Shown: one piece after another, positions 9,731-18,784 of the stretch
Layout of the letters: the number at the start of each line of letters is the position of its first letter
How positions within the stretch are numbered: the first letter of the stretch is position 1
NCBI GenBank assembly: GCA_017303895.1
Contig: JAFLBF010000006.1
Location: 78,618-142,617 of the forward strand
Length of the DNA: 64,000 nucleotides
Source: Bacteroidota bacterium
Lineage (GTDB): Bacteria > Bacteroidota > Bacteroidia > 2-12-FULL-35-15
Reading direction: 5' to 3'
The notes under the pieces: generated by a model
Told to the model about the DNA's origin: nothing
Databases searched by the model: none
The model's input: only the letters and a program-made list of their open reading frames with translations
Program-made: the position numbers and the translations under genes

Positions 9731-9830
9731 TATAGTTAACTGTAGGTTAAATAAATATTATACAGCGGCAAAAGTATTTTAACAATTAATTTACAGTGTT
9801 ATGGCAATGTTAAGTAATGGTAAATTTTAG

Positions 9831-9862
9831 GTAATAAAAAAGGCGGAGCAATTGCTCCGCCT
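9831..9862 (-). terminator. Rho-independent terminator downstream of the T9SS cargo gene
   Basis: AGGCGGAGC aatt GCTCCGCCT hairpin. A TTTTTTATTAC run follows on the minus strand. Confidence 0.65.
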
Positions 9863-9886
9863 TGTAAACTCTTATTGATGATATTT

Positions 9887-11539
9887 TTATTTTGCTACAA
9901 CAAATTTTACTGTTTTGCTGGTACCATCTACTTGGATAGTTGCGAAATATAATCCTGCTGATATAGTTGATGCATCGAACTTAACGATTGATCTACCTGA
10001 GTTCATGTTTTCATTTAAAGGTTGTGCGATCAATTTTCCTGTAATATCGTAAATGTTTACGATAACATCAGAAGAATGATTCAGATTGATCGCTATTGAA
10101 ATAGACTCTTTAGCCGGATTTGGGAATAATGATACATTGCTTAATGCAGCTTCATTTTCTTCCACTCCAATTAATTGTCCATTGAATTTTGGATCAGTAA
10201 ATGATGCTCCTGTTGCAGCAGTTGATCCTGCTTGTAAACGGTAGTCAGGTGTGCTGTTCAAATTTGACGGGAATGCATTTACCCATGCAACTTGTGCTAC
10301 TGTATTTGTTGAATCATTATTATCTCCTGTAAAGATTGTTGAATAGAATGACAATGAGTTATTTGCATCCAATGTTATTACTCTAGGTGACATATCTGCT
10401 AAAAGTAAGTTGTTTGCAAATACGGCAGAATCATTAGTAGTAAAATTATCTACAGTTCCGGCATCTTTAATATAGATACCTTTTTCCCATGATGTATGGA
10501 TAGAATTGAAGATAGATACCGCAGAATTTCTTCTTAAATAAATAGCACGTTCAAATTTTTCTCCGGCAGGTAATGTTACTGTTCCGTTTCTTTTTGGTCC
10601 AATGTTCGTAACGTTTGAGAATATTGGTTGTGTTCTTGGAAATGCAGCAGAACCTGTCGCATCGTTATCACACTCAAAACCATTTGAATCTCCGGCAGCA
10701 TCAGAAAGATCAGAATCTCTAATGATCAAACCAAATTGTACACGACCTCTCCATCCAAAATCGCAGTCGAAATCATCATCAAGATTTCTGAAGGAGATCA
10801 AATATTTTGCATCTACTTTCCCACCAAACCACTCAAATCCATCATCTCCACCGAAGGAAACTTGTAAGTGATTTAAAACTGTTTTAGAGCCAACCGATCC
10901 GAATGTGATACCATTTGTTTCTTTATTTGGTTGTAAGGCGATCCCTGAAAATTCAACTCTGCAATAGGATAATACACCTGAACTGTCTGCATCGTCTGTT
11001 CCACCATATTCTGTATCTGAAGAAACCGCTAATCCTTCAATATTAGCAACACCACCAGGTTGATTGTTTTGACCTTTACCTAATATTACTAATCCACCCC
11101 AGTCACCTTCTGCTCTTACACCTGCTGCTTCTCCTGAAGTAAATACGATCGGATTGCTTGATGTTCCTTGTGCAACAATTTTTGCTCCTTTTGTGATGAT
11201 CAAGGTTCCTTGTGTTGCTTTATCACCTCGAACTATTACTCCCGGCTGAATTGTTAATACGGCATTATTCTTAACATAAACTTTGTTTTGTAAGTTTACG
11301 ATGGTTCCAGTTGTCCATGTTGTGTTAGTCGTAATGTCGGAACTAACTGTAGTTGTAGGATTGCCATAATTTGTATTTTCAGGATCCCAGTTTGCCCAAC
11401 CGCTTGTCCAATCGGTTGCAGCTGTATTATCAGTAACAGGGAAAGCTCCTTTATAAGTTGTCGGAGTCCAGAACGCTGTTTGCGCATTTAAACTACCAGC
11501 AACAATACTTGCGATAGCTAATGAGTAAATTTTTTTCAT
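9887..11539 (-). CDS. Secreted protein with a T9SS C-terminal sorting domain and unknown core function. The start is probably the internal MKKIYSL; the ORF track extends it to 11569.
   Basis: Signal peptide MKKIYSLAIASIVAGSLNAQ and a Gly/Asp-rich beta-solenoid-like core. The C-terminal ~80 aa (LFPNPAKESISI…GLYFATIQVDGTSKTVKFVVAK) is a typical Por/T9SS CTD. Confidence 0.6.
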   Translation of the reverse strand: MKKIYSLAIASIVAGSLNAQTAFWTPTTYKGAFPVTDNTAATDWTSGWANWDPENTNYGNPTTTVSSDITTNTTWTTGTIVNLQNKVYVKNNAVLTIQPGVIVRGDKATQGTLIITKGAKIVAQGTSSNPIVFTSGEAAGVRAEGDWGGLVILGKGQNNQPGGVANIEGLAVSSDTEYGGTDDADSSGVLSYCRVEFSGIALQPNKETNGITFGSVGSKTVLNHLQVSFGGDDGFEWFGGKVDAKYLISFRNLDDDFDCDFGWRGRVQFGLIIRDSDLSDAAGDSNGFECDNDATGSAAFPRTQPIFSNVTNIGPKRNGTVTLPAGEKFERAIYLRRNSAVSIFNSIHTSWEKGIYIKDAGTVDNFTTNDSAVFANNLLLADMSPRVITLDANNSLSFYSTIFTGDNNDSTNTVAQVAWVNAFPSNLNSTPDYRLQAGSTAATGASFTDPKFNGQLIGVEENEAALSNVSLFPNPAKESISIAINLNHSSDVIVNIYDITGKLIAQPLNENMNSGRSIVKFDASTISAGLYFATIQVDGTSKTVKFVVAK

Positions 11540-11659
11540 TTTTTTAGTATTTAAATTTATTTGATACAAAATTAGATGTGTGTTATTGTGCTAAGATTAT
11601 GGTCGGGTTATGCGTTTTTTATATGTATATTAATAGAACATTATGTTGTTAACTTAAAA

Positions 11660-11690
11660 TAAAAAGAGCCGCATTTGCGGCTCTTTTTAT
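11660..11690 (-). terminator. Rho-independent terminator immediately downstream of the TonB-dependent receptor gene
   Basis: AAAGAGCCGCATTTGCGGCTCTTT hairpin with T-runs on both strands. Confidence 0.7.
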
Positions 11691-11693
11691 TTA

Positions 11694-14549
11694 TCAAAAT
11701 TTGTAGGATAGTGAGATCGATATGGTTTGTCCATTTTTCGTATCCACCATCGTGTTGTCTTTTTCTTTATCATACTTTTTGTTTTTATCAATATCCTGAT
11801 AAAGAATGGCGTTTTGTGCCAATACATCTTTAATGTTCAATTTTACCTCAAATTTTTCTTTGAAACGTTTAGAGAATTGTAAGTCTAATAAGTGTCTTGG
11901 ATTTTCCCAATAATCAGGTTCACTAGTACTTCCTATCAGATATAGTCTTCTGCCAACATAGTTGTAAGACACTGCTGCACTAAATCCATTGCTTGGATGT
12001 GAGTAGAAAAGTCCTGCATTTACAAGAAGTGGCGACTGCCCTTGCAATGGACGCTCCTCTGCAGTTGATCCATTGATCTTGCTTACATCTACCTTCGAAA
12101 TGATATACGCAAAATTACTGAAGAAAGTAATTGAATTTAACACTTCATTTGAATCAGCTTTGAATAAGGATGATAATTTTACTCTGTATTCAAGTTCGAA
12201 TCCAACATTGGTAGCATTCGGTGCGTTGATGTAATATTGTTCGCGTAATACATCCGGTCGGTTAGCCATTTCAATTGGATTGCTGAAATTTTTGTAAAAT
12301 GCCGAAACGGAGAATAATTGTCCTACTCCAGGATACCACTCATATCTTAGATCATAGTTATCAACGATCGTTCTCTGCAGGTTTAAATTTCCTGAAACAG
12401 CAAAGTCTGTTAAGAAATCGAAAAAGATGAAAGGTGCTAATTCCCTGAACTCCGGACGAGCTACCGTTCTGTAGTAACTCGCTCTTAAATTCATTTTGTC
12501 GTTTAAGGAATAAACAATGTTTAATGATGGTAAAATGTCATTTACAGTAGTATCCACCACAATAGGTTCACTTGTTCCATCTTTGATCGTTTCAATGCGT
12601 TGATTATATGATTCAAGTCTTGCTCCATAGATAAAACGTAATTTTTCAAGTGCTTTCGTGTCGAACATCAAAAAACCAGCATTAAGCATGGAGGAAGCCT
12701 GGTAGCTATCGCTTGTTTTTGTTGCTTCATCCAGTTTGAATCCACCATTATATGGTCCGGCTTGATCCGTTAAGCCCATATTCTCAGCAGAGAATATTTG
12801 ATCTTCCGGCAAATAAAGTAGTTCACTGTCAAATTTAACGGCACTACCTCTTCTGTATTTAGAAAAGCCTAAGCTTCTAGAGCTGAATTCACGATCTCTA
12901 AATTGGTGAAATCCACCGATCTTAATATCTGTTTTTGTCTTCTTGATCTCTACCGGCAATGTGGCATCGTATTTTAAACTAAGGATGTTTTCTTTGGTAT
13001 TGGAGAAAAACATATTTCCAGCAGCGTTAGGGATAGTTCCTTCATTTTGTACAACAGCAGCATATTGTGCACTTGGATCGGCTTCGGTTGCTGATACTTT
13101 TTGATATACCATTCTTCGCATATTAGGAACATCTCTACTGATATTACTTAATCCTCCTATCCAATTGATCTTGATCTTGCTTTTAGGAAGCAAGTGTGTT
13201 CCAATCAATTGTGAGCTTAATAAGTTGTTTTGGGTATACCATCTTAAGGATGCTTTTTCCCAATATTTTTCGGGTTGATCATATTCTCTAGCGCCACCTC
13301 TGATCGCTACTTTATCATCGGTATTGATACTATAAATGTTTTTTAAACTTAATTGATTGTTGTCGTTTAACTTAAGAGATAAATTCCACATGGCGCTAGC
13401 TAATATGCTCTGAGTGAAAAGTGTATCTTGAAGTTCCATTCTTTTTACAACACCAGTTGTTTGTTCTTCATATTCTCTTCTGGTGATCTCATTTCTTGAA
13501 AAATTATTGTTATAAGTGATTGCAAATAAACTCCCCGCTTCTCTCTTAAATACCTTTCCTACATTGGCCATGCTATATTGTAATGAAAGGTTTGGAAGTG
13601 CAGTAGTATTATTGATCTTCCAAGAGCCTGTCATTTTTTTCCCATATTCTGCTTTTTCATCTATGGTCGCATGTTCGTAATCAGCAGTTGACGGTATTCC
13701 GCCTGGAATAGAGCGTGATCCATCATCTACTCCTAAAAAATCTGTTTTGCCACCTTCGTAAGTTTTGAAATTTTTAAAGGTGGTAACAGTGTTAAATCCT
13801 GTTCCAATAGAGATCGTTTGTTCATTTTTTTCGGGAATACTCTTCGTGTTTATTTGAATGATACCACCGGCAAATTCTCCTGGAAGATCAGGCGTTGCGG
13901 TTTTAATAATGATCAAATTGTCCAACATGTTTGATGGAAAAATGTCAAATGCAAATGCTTTTCTATCCGATTCAGAACTTGGAAGTGGTGCCCCATTAAT
14001 ATAAGCTGAATTATATCTGTCGTTTAATCCACGGATAATTGCAAACTTATTATCCTGAATACTTGCTCCACTAACACGTTTTAATACATCGCTTGTGCTT
14101 CGGTCGGGTGTTCTTCTTATTGATTCGGAAGAGATTCCGTCAGAGACAGAAGCATTGTTCTTCTGCATTACAAATAGAGCATTGTTTGTTTCCTTGCTCA
14201 TGGTAGCTGTTACTTCCACTACCCCAAGATCAGTAGAAGCGCTGCCTAAACTAATAGTAACAATTGTGGGTTCTCCTGCCTTTACAATAACATCAGTAAG
14301 ATTTTTTGTGTTGTAGGAAATTAATTTGCAAACTAGATTATATGTTCCTGGTGCAACATTGTTAATAGAGAAATTTCCATCGAAGTCCGTGTTGCCTCCT
14401 GTGGTTGTTCCATTGATCATAACAACTGCTCCGGGAAGTGTTTCTCCTGTTTTTTCATCTATCACTTTCCCCTTTATACTGGAGTTTTGAGAAATTGCTA
14501 CCTTTGTAACTATAATTATTGCTAGCGTAAAAAATAATCTGAAATTCAT
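11694..14549 (-). CDS. TonB-dependent outer-membrane receptor with an N-terminal CarbopepD_reg-like domain
   Basis: 951 aa. Signal peptide, a KGKVIDEKTGETLPGAVVMI CarbopepD_reg domain, plug and barrel regions, and a C-terminal …SISLSYKF. No SusD-like partner gene is present. Confidence 0.85.
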   Translation of the reverse strand: MNFRLFFTLAIIIVTKVAISQNSSIKGKVIDEKTGETLPGAVVMINGTTTGGNTDFDGNFSINNVAPGTYNLVCKLISYNTKNLTDVIVKAGEPTIVTISLGSASTDLGVVEVTATMSKETNNALFVMQKNNASVSDGISSESIRRTPDRSTSDVLKRVSGASIQDNKFAIIRGLNDRYNSAYINGAPLPSSESDRKAFAFDIFPSNMLDNLIIIKTATPDLPGEFAGGIIQINTKSIPEKNEQTISIGTGFNTVTTFKNFKTYEGGKTDFLGVDDGSRSIPGGIPSTADYEHATIDEKAEYGKKMTGSWKINNTTALPNLSLQYSMANVGKVFKREAGSLFAITYNNNFSRNEITRREYEEQTTGVVKRMELQDTLFTQSILASAMWNLSLKLNDNNQLSLKNIYSINTDDKVAIRGGAREYDQPEKYWEKASLRWYTQNNLLSSQLIGTHLLPKSKIKINWIGGLSNISRDVPNMRRMVYQKVSATEADPSAQYAAVVQNEGTIPNAAGNMFFSNTKENILSLKYDATLPVEIKKTKTDIKIGGFHQFRDREFSSRSLGFSKYRRGSAVKFDSELLYLPEDQIFSAENMGLTDQAGPYNGGFKLDEATKTSDSYQASSMLNAGFLMFDTKALEKLRFIYGARLESYNQRIETIKDGTSEPIVVDTTVNDILPSLNIVYSLNDKMNLRASYYRTVARPEFRELAPFIFFDFLTDFAVSGNLNLQRTIVDNYDLRYEWYPGVGQLFSVSAFYKNFSNPIEMANRPDVLREQYYINAPNATNVGFELEYRVKLSSLFKADSNEVLNSITFFSNFAYIISKVDVSKINGSTAEERPLQGQSPLLVNAGLFYSHPSNGFSAAVSYNYVGRRLYLIGSTSEPDYWENPRHLLDLQFSKRFKEKFEVKLNIKDVLAQNAILYQDIDKNKKYDKEKDNTMVDTKNGQTISISLSYKF

Positions 14550-14602
14550 TCTAATTCTGTTTAATTTAATACTGCAAAGTAAGTTCAGCTATTGAAATGC
14601 GG

Positions 14603-14685
14603 TGTTAATCAAAAATTAAACTAGTGTTAATTAAAATGGATTGTTGAGAAGGTTTGTTAATGTTATGTTAATTGCAAATTAACAT
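14603..14685. promoter_or_regulatory. Four TGTTAAT direct repeats at roughly 11/22/30-bp phasing plus a 21-bp perfect palindrome (ATGTTAATTGCAAATTAACAT). They lie in the divergent TBDR/response-regulator intergenic region and are a candidate Pho-box-like operator.
   Basis: TGTTAAT begins at 14603, 14625, 14655 and 14666. The palindrome spans 14665-14685. TGTTA(A/T) pairs at 11-bp spacing also occur at 8466/8477 and 9797/9808. Confidence 0.4.
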
Positions 14686-14734
14686 TGCGGTTAAGTCTAA
14701 TAACGAACTTTACCGTAAATAAAAAAAGAAAAAA

Positions 14735-15424
14735 ATGAGTAACAATAGTGATTACAGAATATTATTGGTTGATGACGAACCGGATATTATTGAATTTTTA
14801 AGTTATAACTTAAAAAAAGAAGGATTTAATGTGTATACAGCTAACAATGGGAAAGAAGCTATTGCAGTGGCGAAGAGAGAGAATCCGCATGTTATTATTC
14901 TGGATGTGATGATGCCTGATATGGATGGTATAGAAACCTGCAGAGAGATAAGAGAGATCCCCGGCTTGAAAGATGTGATGATCGCATTCTTAACAGCTAG
15001 AAATGAAGATTATTCTCAGATAGCCGGATTTGAAGTGGGTGCAGATGATTATATTAACAAGCCCATCAAACCAAGAGTATTGATCAGTAGGATCAAAGCC
15101 TTATTGAGAAGGGGAGGAAGTGTTGAGACAACTGCTAACGAAAAGGTGGATATGGGTGGAATTAAGATTGACAGAGAACGTTACCTTGTTGTGCAGAATG
15201 AAAAAGAGATCAATTTGCCTAAAAAAGAATTTGAATTACTTGCTTTGTTGGCTTCTAAGCCCGGGAAAGTATTTACCAGAGAAACAATATTGGATAAAGT
15301 TTGGGGTGGGGAAGTAGTAGTTGGTGACAGAACAATAGATGTACATGTTCGTAAATTAAGAGAGAAATTGGGTGAAGATTATATCAAAACGGTAAAAGGT
15401 ATTGGTTACAAGTTTGAATTTTAG
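14735..15424 (+). CDS. OmpR/PhoB-family response regulator (receiver plus winged-helix domain)
   Basis: 229 aa. LLVDDEP acidic pocket, phospho-acceptor Asp (ILDVMMPDMDG), a conserved Lys (LTAR…), and a C-terminal trans_reg_C domain (…DVHVRKLREKLG…GYKF). Confidence 0.85.
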   Translation: MSNNSDYRILLVDDEPDIIEFLSYNLKKEGFNVYTANNGKEAIAVAKRENPHVIILDVMMPDMDGIETCREIREIPGLKDVMIAFLTARNEDYSQIAGFEVGADDYINKPIKPRVLISRIKALLRRGGSVETTANEKVDMGGIKIDRERYLVVQNEKEINLPKKEFELLALLASKPGKVFTRETILDKVWGGEVVVGDRTIDVHVRKLREKLGEDYIKTVKGIGYKFEF

Positions 15425-15439
15425 TATTTTCGTTATTAG

Positions 15440-16471
15440 ATGAAAGATACTTCTCCAAAGATCACCTTGATCATTATTTCGATTATGCTTGCTGTTTTAA
15501 TTGCAGCGGGCATTTTTATTTTTAATGAAGAACATTCCTATTATTACGCAATAGAAGCATTTGTTATTTCTATTCTTTCCTCCTTTGTTCTGTTGTATTT
15601 TGTGAATGCAATTTTGGTGTCAAAGATCAGGTCTCTTTCAAATACAGTTAAAACTTTTCGTGCGCAGAGTGATGATAAGCAAATTGCAAAAGTTGATAAT
15701 AGCCTTAATGAGGTAACGGCACTAAACAATGAGATCATGGCCTGGGCAGAAGACAGGAAGAATGAGATCGAACGATTAAAAAAATTAGAAGTTTATCGCA
15801 AGGAGTTTCTTGGGAATGTGTCTCATGAACTAAAAACTCCCATTTTTAATATTCAGGGTTATGTGCTTACACTATTAGATGGAGGTCTGGAAGATGAAAC
15901 GATCAATCGCGATTATTTGCAGCGGGCTGAACGGAGTATAGATAGAATGATCACCATTATTGATGACCTGGAAGCGATCTCTCAATTGGAAACAGGGGAA
16001 CTGCAAATTGAGCCGGAACGATTCGATATTGTTGCTTTGGCAAAAGATGTAGCAGAAGCGCAAGAGTTAAAAGCTAAAAGCAAAGGAATTTTGTTGAATG
16101 TACAAAATGACGATAAATCCATCTTCGTATATGCGGATAGATTTAGAATTCGTCAAGTGATCGTTAATTTGATCGTCAATTCAATCAAATATGGCAAACA
16201 AAATGGCGAAACAAAGATCCGAATCTACGATATGGGTGAAAATGTTTCCATTGAAGTAGCTGATAATGGATTGGGAATTGCTGCAGAGCATCTACCTCGT
16301 TTGTTTGAACGTTTTTACCGTGTGGATAAAAGCCGTTCAAGGGAGCAGGGAGGAACCGGTTTGGGATTAGCCATTGTAAAACATATTATAGAAGCGCATA
16401 ATCAAACCATTAATGTAATGAGTACTGTCGGTGCCGGAACAGTTTTTTCATTTACTCTGAAGAAAGGATAA
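15440..16471 (+). CDS. PhoR-like sensor histidine kinase (2 TM, HisKA, HATPase_c)
   Basis: 343 aa. H-box NVSHELKTPIFNI, N-box (LIVNSIKYG), G1 (DNGLGI) and G2 (GTGLGLAIV). Confidence 0.8.
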   Translation: MKDTSPKITLIIISIMLAVLIAAGIFIFNEEHSYYYAIEAFVISILSSFVLLYFVNAILVSKIRSLSNTVKTFRAQSDDKQIAKVDNSLNEVTALNNEIMAWAEDRKNEIERLKKLEVYRKEFLGNVSHELKTPIFNIQGYVLTLLDGGLEDETINRDYLQRAERSIDRMITIIDDLEAISQLETGELQIEPERFDIVALAKDVAEAQELKAKSKGILLNVQNDDKSIFVYADRFRIRQVIVNLIVNSIKYGKQNGETKIRIYDMGENVSIEVADNGLGIAAEHLPRLFERFYRVDKSRSREQGGTGLGLAIVKHIIEAHNQTINVMSTVGAGTVFSFTLKKG

Positions 16472-17522
16472 GATCAACTCTTTCTTCTAATAAATTCTTC
16501 ATGTCTTGTCTAGGAAATCCTTTGAATTTTGCAGATTCAGCTATTGATTTTTGTAGATCAAATTCAGATTGCTTTTGATAATAGGCAATATTCTTCTTGA
16601 AAAGTTCTTTGGCTAAATACTCTTGTTCTGTTTGTCCCGGTGTAGGAATAAATATTGCTTTCTTTTGAAGGGCTGAAAGGTCCATAATGGTTGAATATCC
16701 ACTTCTTGAGATGATCAAATTTGATCGGTCGATCATCTGTTCCATGTCATCCGAACTCAAATGAGAGATCATCGTAACATTTCCTTTTTGCTCTATTTTT
16801 TTTGTCCTTTCCGGTAACCCGAACACGACCAGTGACCTTAATCCACTTTTAAATAATTGTTCGGATACAATTCTTTCAAATAGCGTTCGTTGAGGTTCCG
16901 GTCCGGATATGATTGCCATTACATCATATTCTATTTGATGTTGATCCCGGTCAGGTTTAAAGCGTGTTAATGGTCCAATAAAAAAAGTTTTTTCAGTTAA
17001 GGGGTATTTGTGTGAAAGATCGCCAGATAGATTGGGTTCTTTTTCATGATCGGGCACCCAGCACTCATCAAATTGATCAATGTATTTTGAAACGATTCGG
17101 TGAAGTGTATTTTCTCCAAATGGAGACTTGATCATCAGTTGATGGGTAATGAAAATGTTCTTTGTGTTTGCATTCCAGCAGCCGTAACGGTTATCGGAAA
17201 TAACGACATTGATCTGGTGCTTTTTAATGATCTCACTTAAGTCTTCGTTTTCAGCCTTTATTCCTTTAATAATTTTTGGAATAGAGCGAAGCATCGCAAA
17301 GATCATTGATCCCTTTTTAGGATATTGGATCTCGTATCCTTTAAGAAGAATGTGTTTCAAATGTGGAAACTCCTTTTTGAGCAGTTCGGCAGGACGTTTA
17401 TCGGCAGCAATGATCACTTCAGCTCCCTTTTGCTGTAACAGCCGGATAATGGGGATGCACCTGGTGGCATGGCCTAATCCCCAATCGAGCGGACAAATTA
17501 ATATACGTTTACCTTTAGCCAT
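16452..17522 (-). CDS. Glycosyltransferase (GT28 / MGT-like fold). The likely start is MAKGKRIL.
   Basis: N-terminal ILICPLDWGLGHATRC glycosyltransferase motif and a C-terminal GxSGxST-like nucleotide-sugar-binding region (ISRSGYSTIMDL). The gene converges on the HK gene with a 20-nt overlap. Confidence 0.6.
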   Translation of the reverse strand: MAKGKRILICPLDWGLGHATRCIPIIRLLQQKGAEVIIAADKRPAELLKKEFPHLKHILLKGYEIQYPKKGSMIFAMLRSIPKIIKGIKAENEDLSEIIKKHQINVVISDNRYGCWNANTKNIFITHQLMIKSPFGENTLHRIVSKYIDQFDECWVPDHEKEPNLSGDLSHKYPLTEKTFFIGPLTRFKPDRDQHQIEYDVMAIISGPEPQRTLFERIVSEQLFKSGLRSLVVFGLPERTKKIEQKGNVTMISHLSSDDMEQMIDRSNLIISRSGYSTIMDLSALQKKAIFIPTPGQTEQEYLAKELFKKNIAYYQKQSEFDLQKSIAESAKFKGFPRQDMKNLLEERVDLILSSE

Positions 17523-17528
17523 TATTCT

Positions 17529-17536
17529 TAACTTTG
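17529..17536 (+). promoter_or_regulatory. TAnnTTTG -7 promoter element upstream of trmB
   Basis: TAACTTTG lies 39 nt upstream of the trmB ATG. Confidence 0.3.
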
Positions 17537-17574
17537 CAAAGTTAATCAATAAAAGTATTAAGGAGTAGCAGGAT

Positions 17575-18246
17575 ATGGCTAAGCGTAAATTAAAAAAGTT
17601 TGCAGAGGTATCATCTTTTCATAATTGTTTTTTCTTATCGTTTGAACAATCAAAAGGGGAAGGGTTGCCTTTAAAAGGAAAATGGAATAAGGAATTTTTT
17701 AAGAATGATCATCCAATTGTTTTAGAGTTGGGGTGTGGTAAAGGGGAATACACAGTAGGTTTGGCTAAACGCTATCCTGATAAAAATTTTATAGGTGTAG
17801 ATATTAAAGGAAATCGTATTTGGACAGGAGCCAAAGAAGCTGTTGTTAATACCATGAATAATGTTGCTTTTGTGAGAACACGAATAGATTTTATTGAAGC
17901 ATGTTTCGATAAGAATGAAATTAGTGAGATATGGATCACTTTTCCTGATCCTCAGCCTCAAAAGACAAGAGAGCGTAAGCGTCTAACAAATATGATGTTT
18001 ATCAACAGATACCGTAATATATTAAAATCATCGGGTACTGTTAATCTGAAGACGGATAATGAACCTTTTTATGATTATACCCGTGAAGTGATCAAGGAGA
18101 ATAATTTGGTTGAATTGGACGCTACTAACGATCTCTATGCAAACGTTGGTTTGCGTGATGAAGCATTGACAAATATTAAAACGTATTACGAGAAATTATT
18201 TTCTGAAAAAGGATTTAAGATCTGTTATCTCAAATTCAAAATTTGA
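17575..18246 (+). CDS. trmB: tRNA (guanine46-N7)-methyltransferase
   Basis: 223 aa. SAM-binding motif VLELGCGKGEYT and the TrmB-family layout. Confidence 0.85.
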   Translation: MAKRKLKKFAEVSSFHNCFFLSFEQSKGEGLPLKGKWNKEFFKNDHPIVLELGCGKGEYTVGLAKRYPDKNFIGVDIKGNRIWTGAKEAVVNTMNNVAFVRTRIDFIEACFDKNEISEIWITFPDPQPQKTRERKRLTNMMFINRYRNILKSSGTVNLKTDNEPFYDYTREVIKENNLVELDATNDLYANVGLRDEALTNIKTYYEKLFSEKGFKICYLKFKI

Positions 18247-18587
18247 TCATGAAACAGCACGAAGATTTTTTTCAGATGGTGTTTGACGTTGTTCGCCTCA
18301 TTCCTAAAGGCCGAGTTACGAATTATGGTGCTATTGCAAAATATCTGGGTGCTGCACGTTCCTCAAGGATGGTTGGATGGGCAATGAATGCATCACATGC
18401 TCAAAAAAAGAAAGTGCCTGCACATCGTGTTGTAAATAGAAATGGCGAACTTACCGGGAAACATCATTTTGCTACCCCTTTCCTGATGCAGGAGCTTTTA
18501 GAAAAAGAAGGTGTTGTAGTTAAGAACGATAAAATCAAAGATTTCAATAAATACTTCTGGGATCCTACAAAGGAATTGGAACTTTAA
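18243..18587 (+). CDS. MGMT-family DNA-binding protein lacking the catalytic cysteine (alkyltransferase-like, ATL)
   Basis: 114 aa. HTH of the methylated-DNA-protein-cysteine methyltransferase DNA-binding domain (NYGAIAKYLG). The active-site motif is PAHRVV instead of PCHRV. The start overlaps the trmB stop (ATGA). Confidence 0.7.
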   Translation: MIMKQHEDFFQMVFDVVRLIPKGRVTNYGAIAKYLGAARSSRMVGWAMNASHAQKKKVPAHRVVNRNGELTGKHHFATPFLMQELLEKEGVVVKNDKIKDFNKYFWDPTKELEL

Positions 18588-18784
18588 TTTATAGGGGAAT
18601 CCCTCTATTTTTAATGTTTTAATCTATTCAACTTTGCATTGAAATAGATTTTGCAATGACACGCTTATTTAAAAAACGAATTGTTTATAAGATCAAAGAG
18701 GTACCACAACTCCATGAGTTTATGTTTTGGATATCGTTAACCGGATTTTTAACAGATTTACTAGTGATCTTGATCAATACTGAT

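Noticed and set aside
18592-18625. Short hairpin (AGGGGAATCCCT) plus a T-run after the ATL gene, considered as a terminator.
   Set aside because: The stem is only 4-5 bp with a mismatch. It is plausible but too weak to list as a confident feature.
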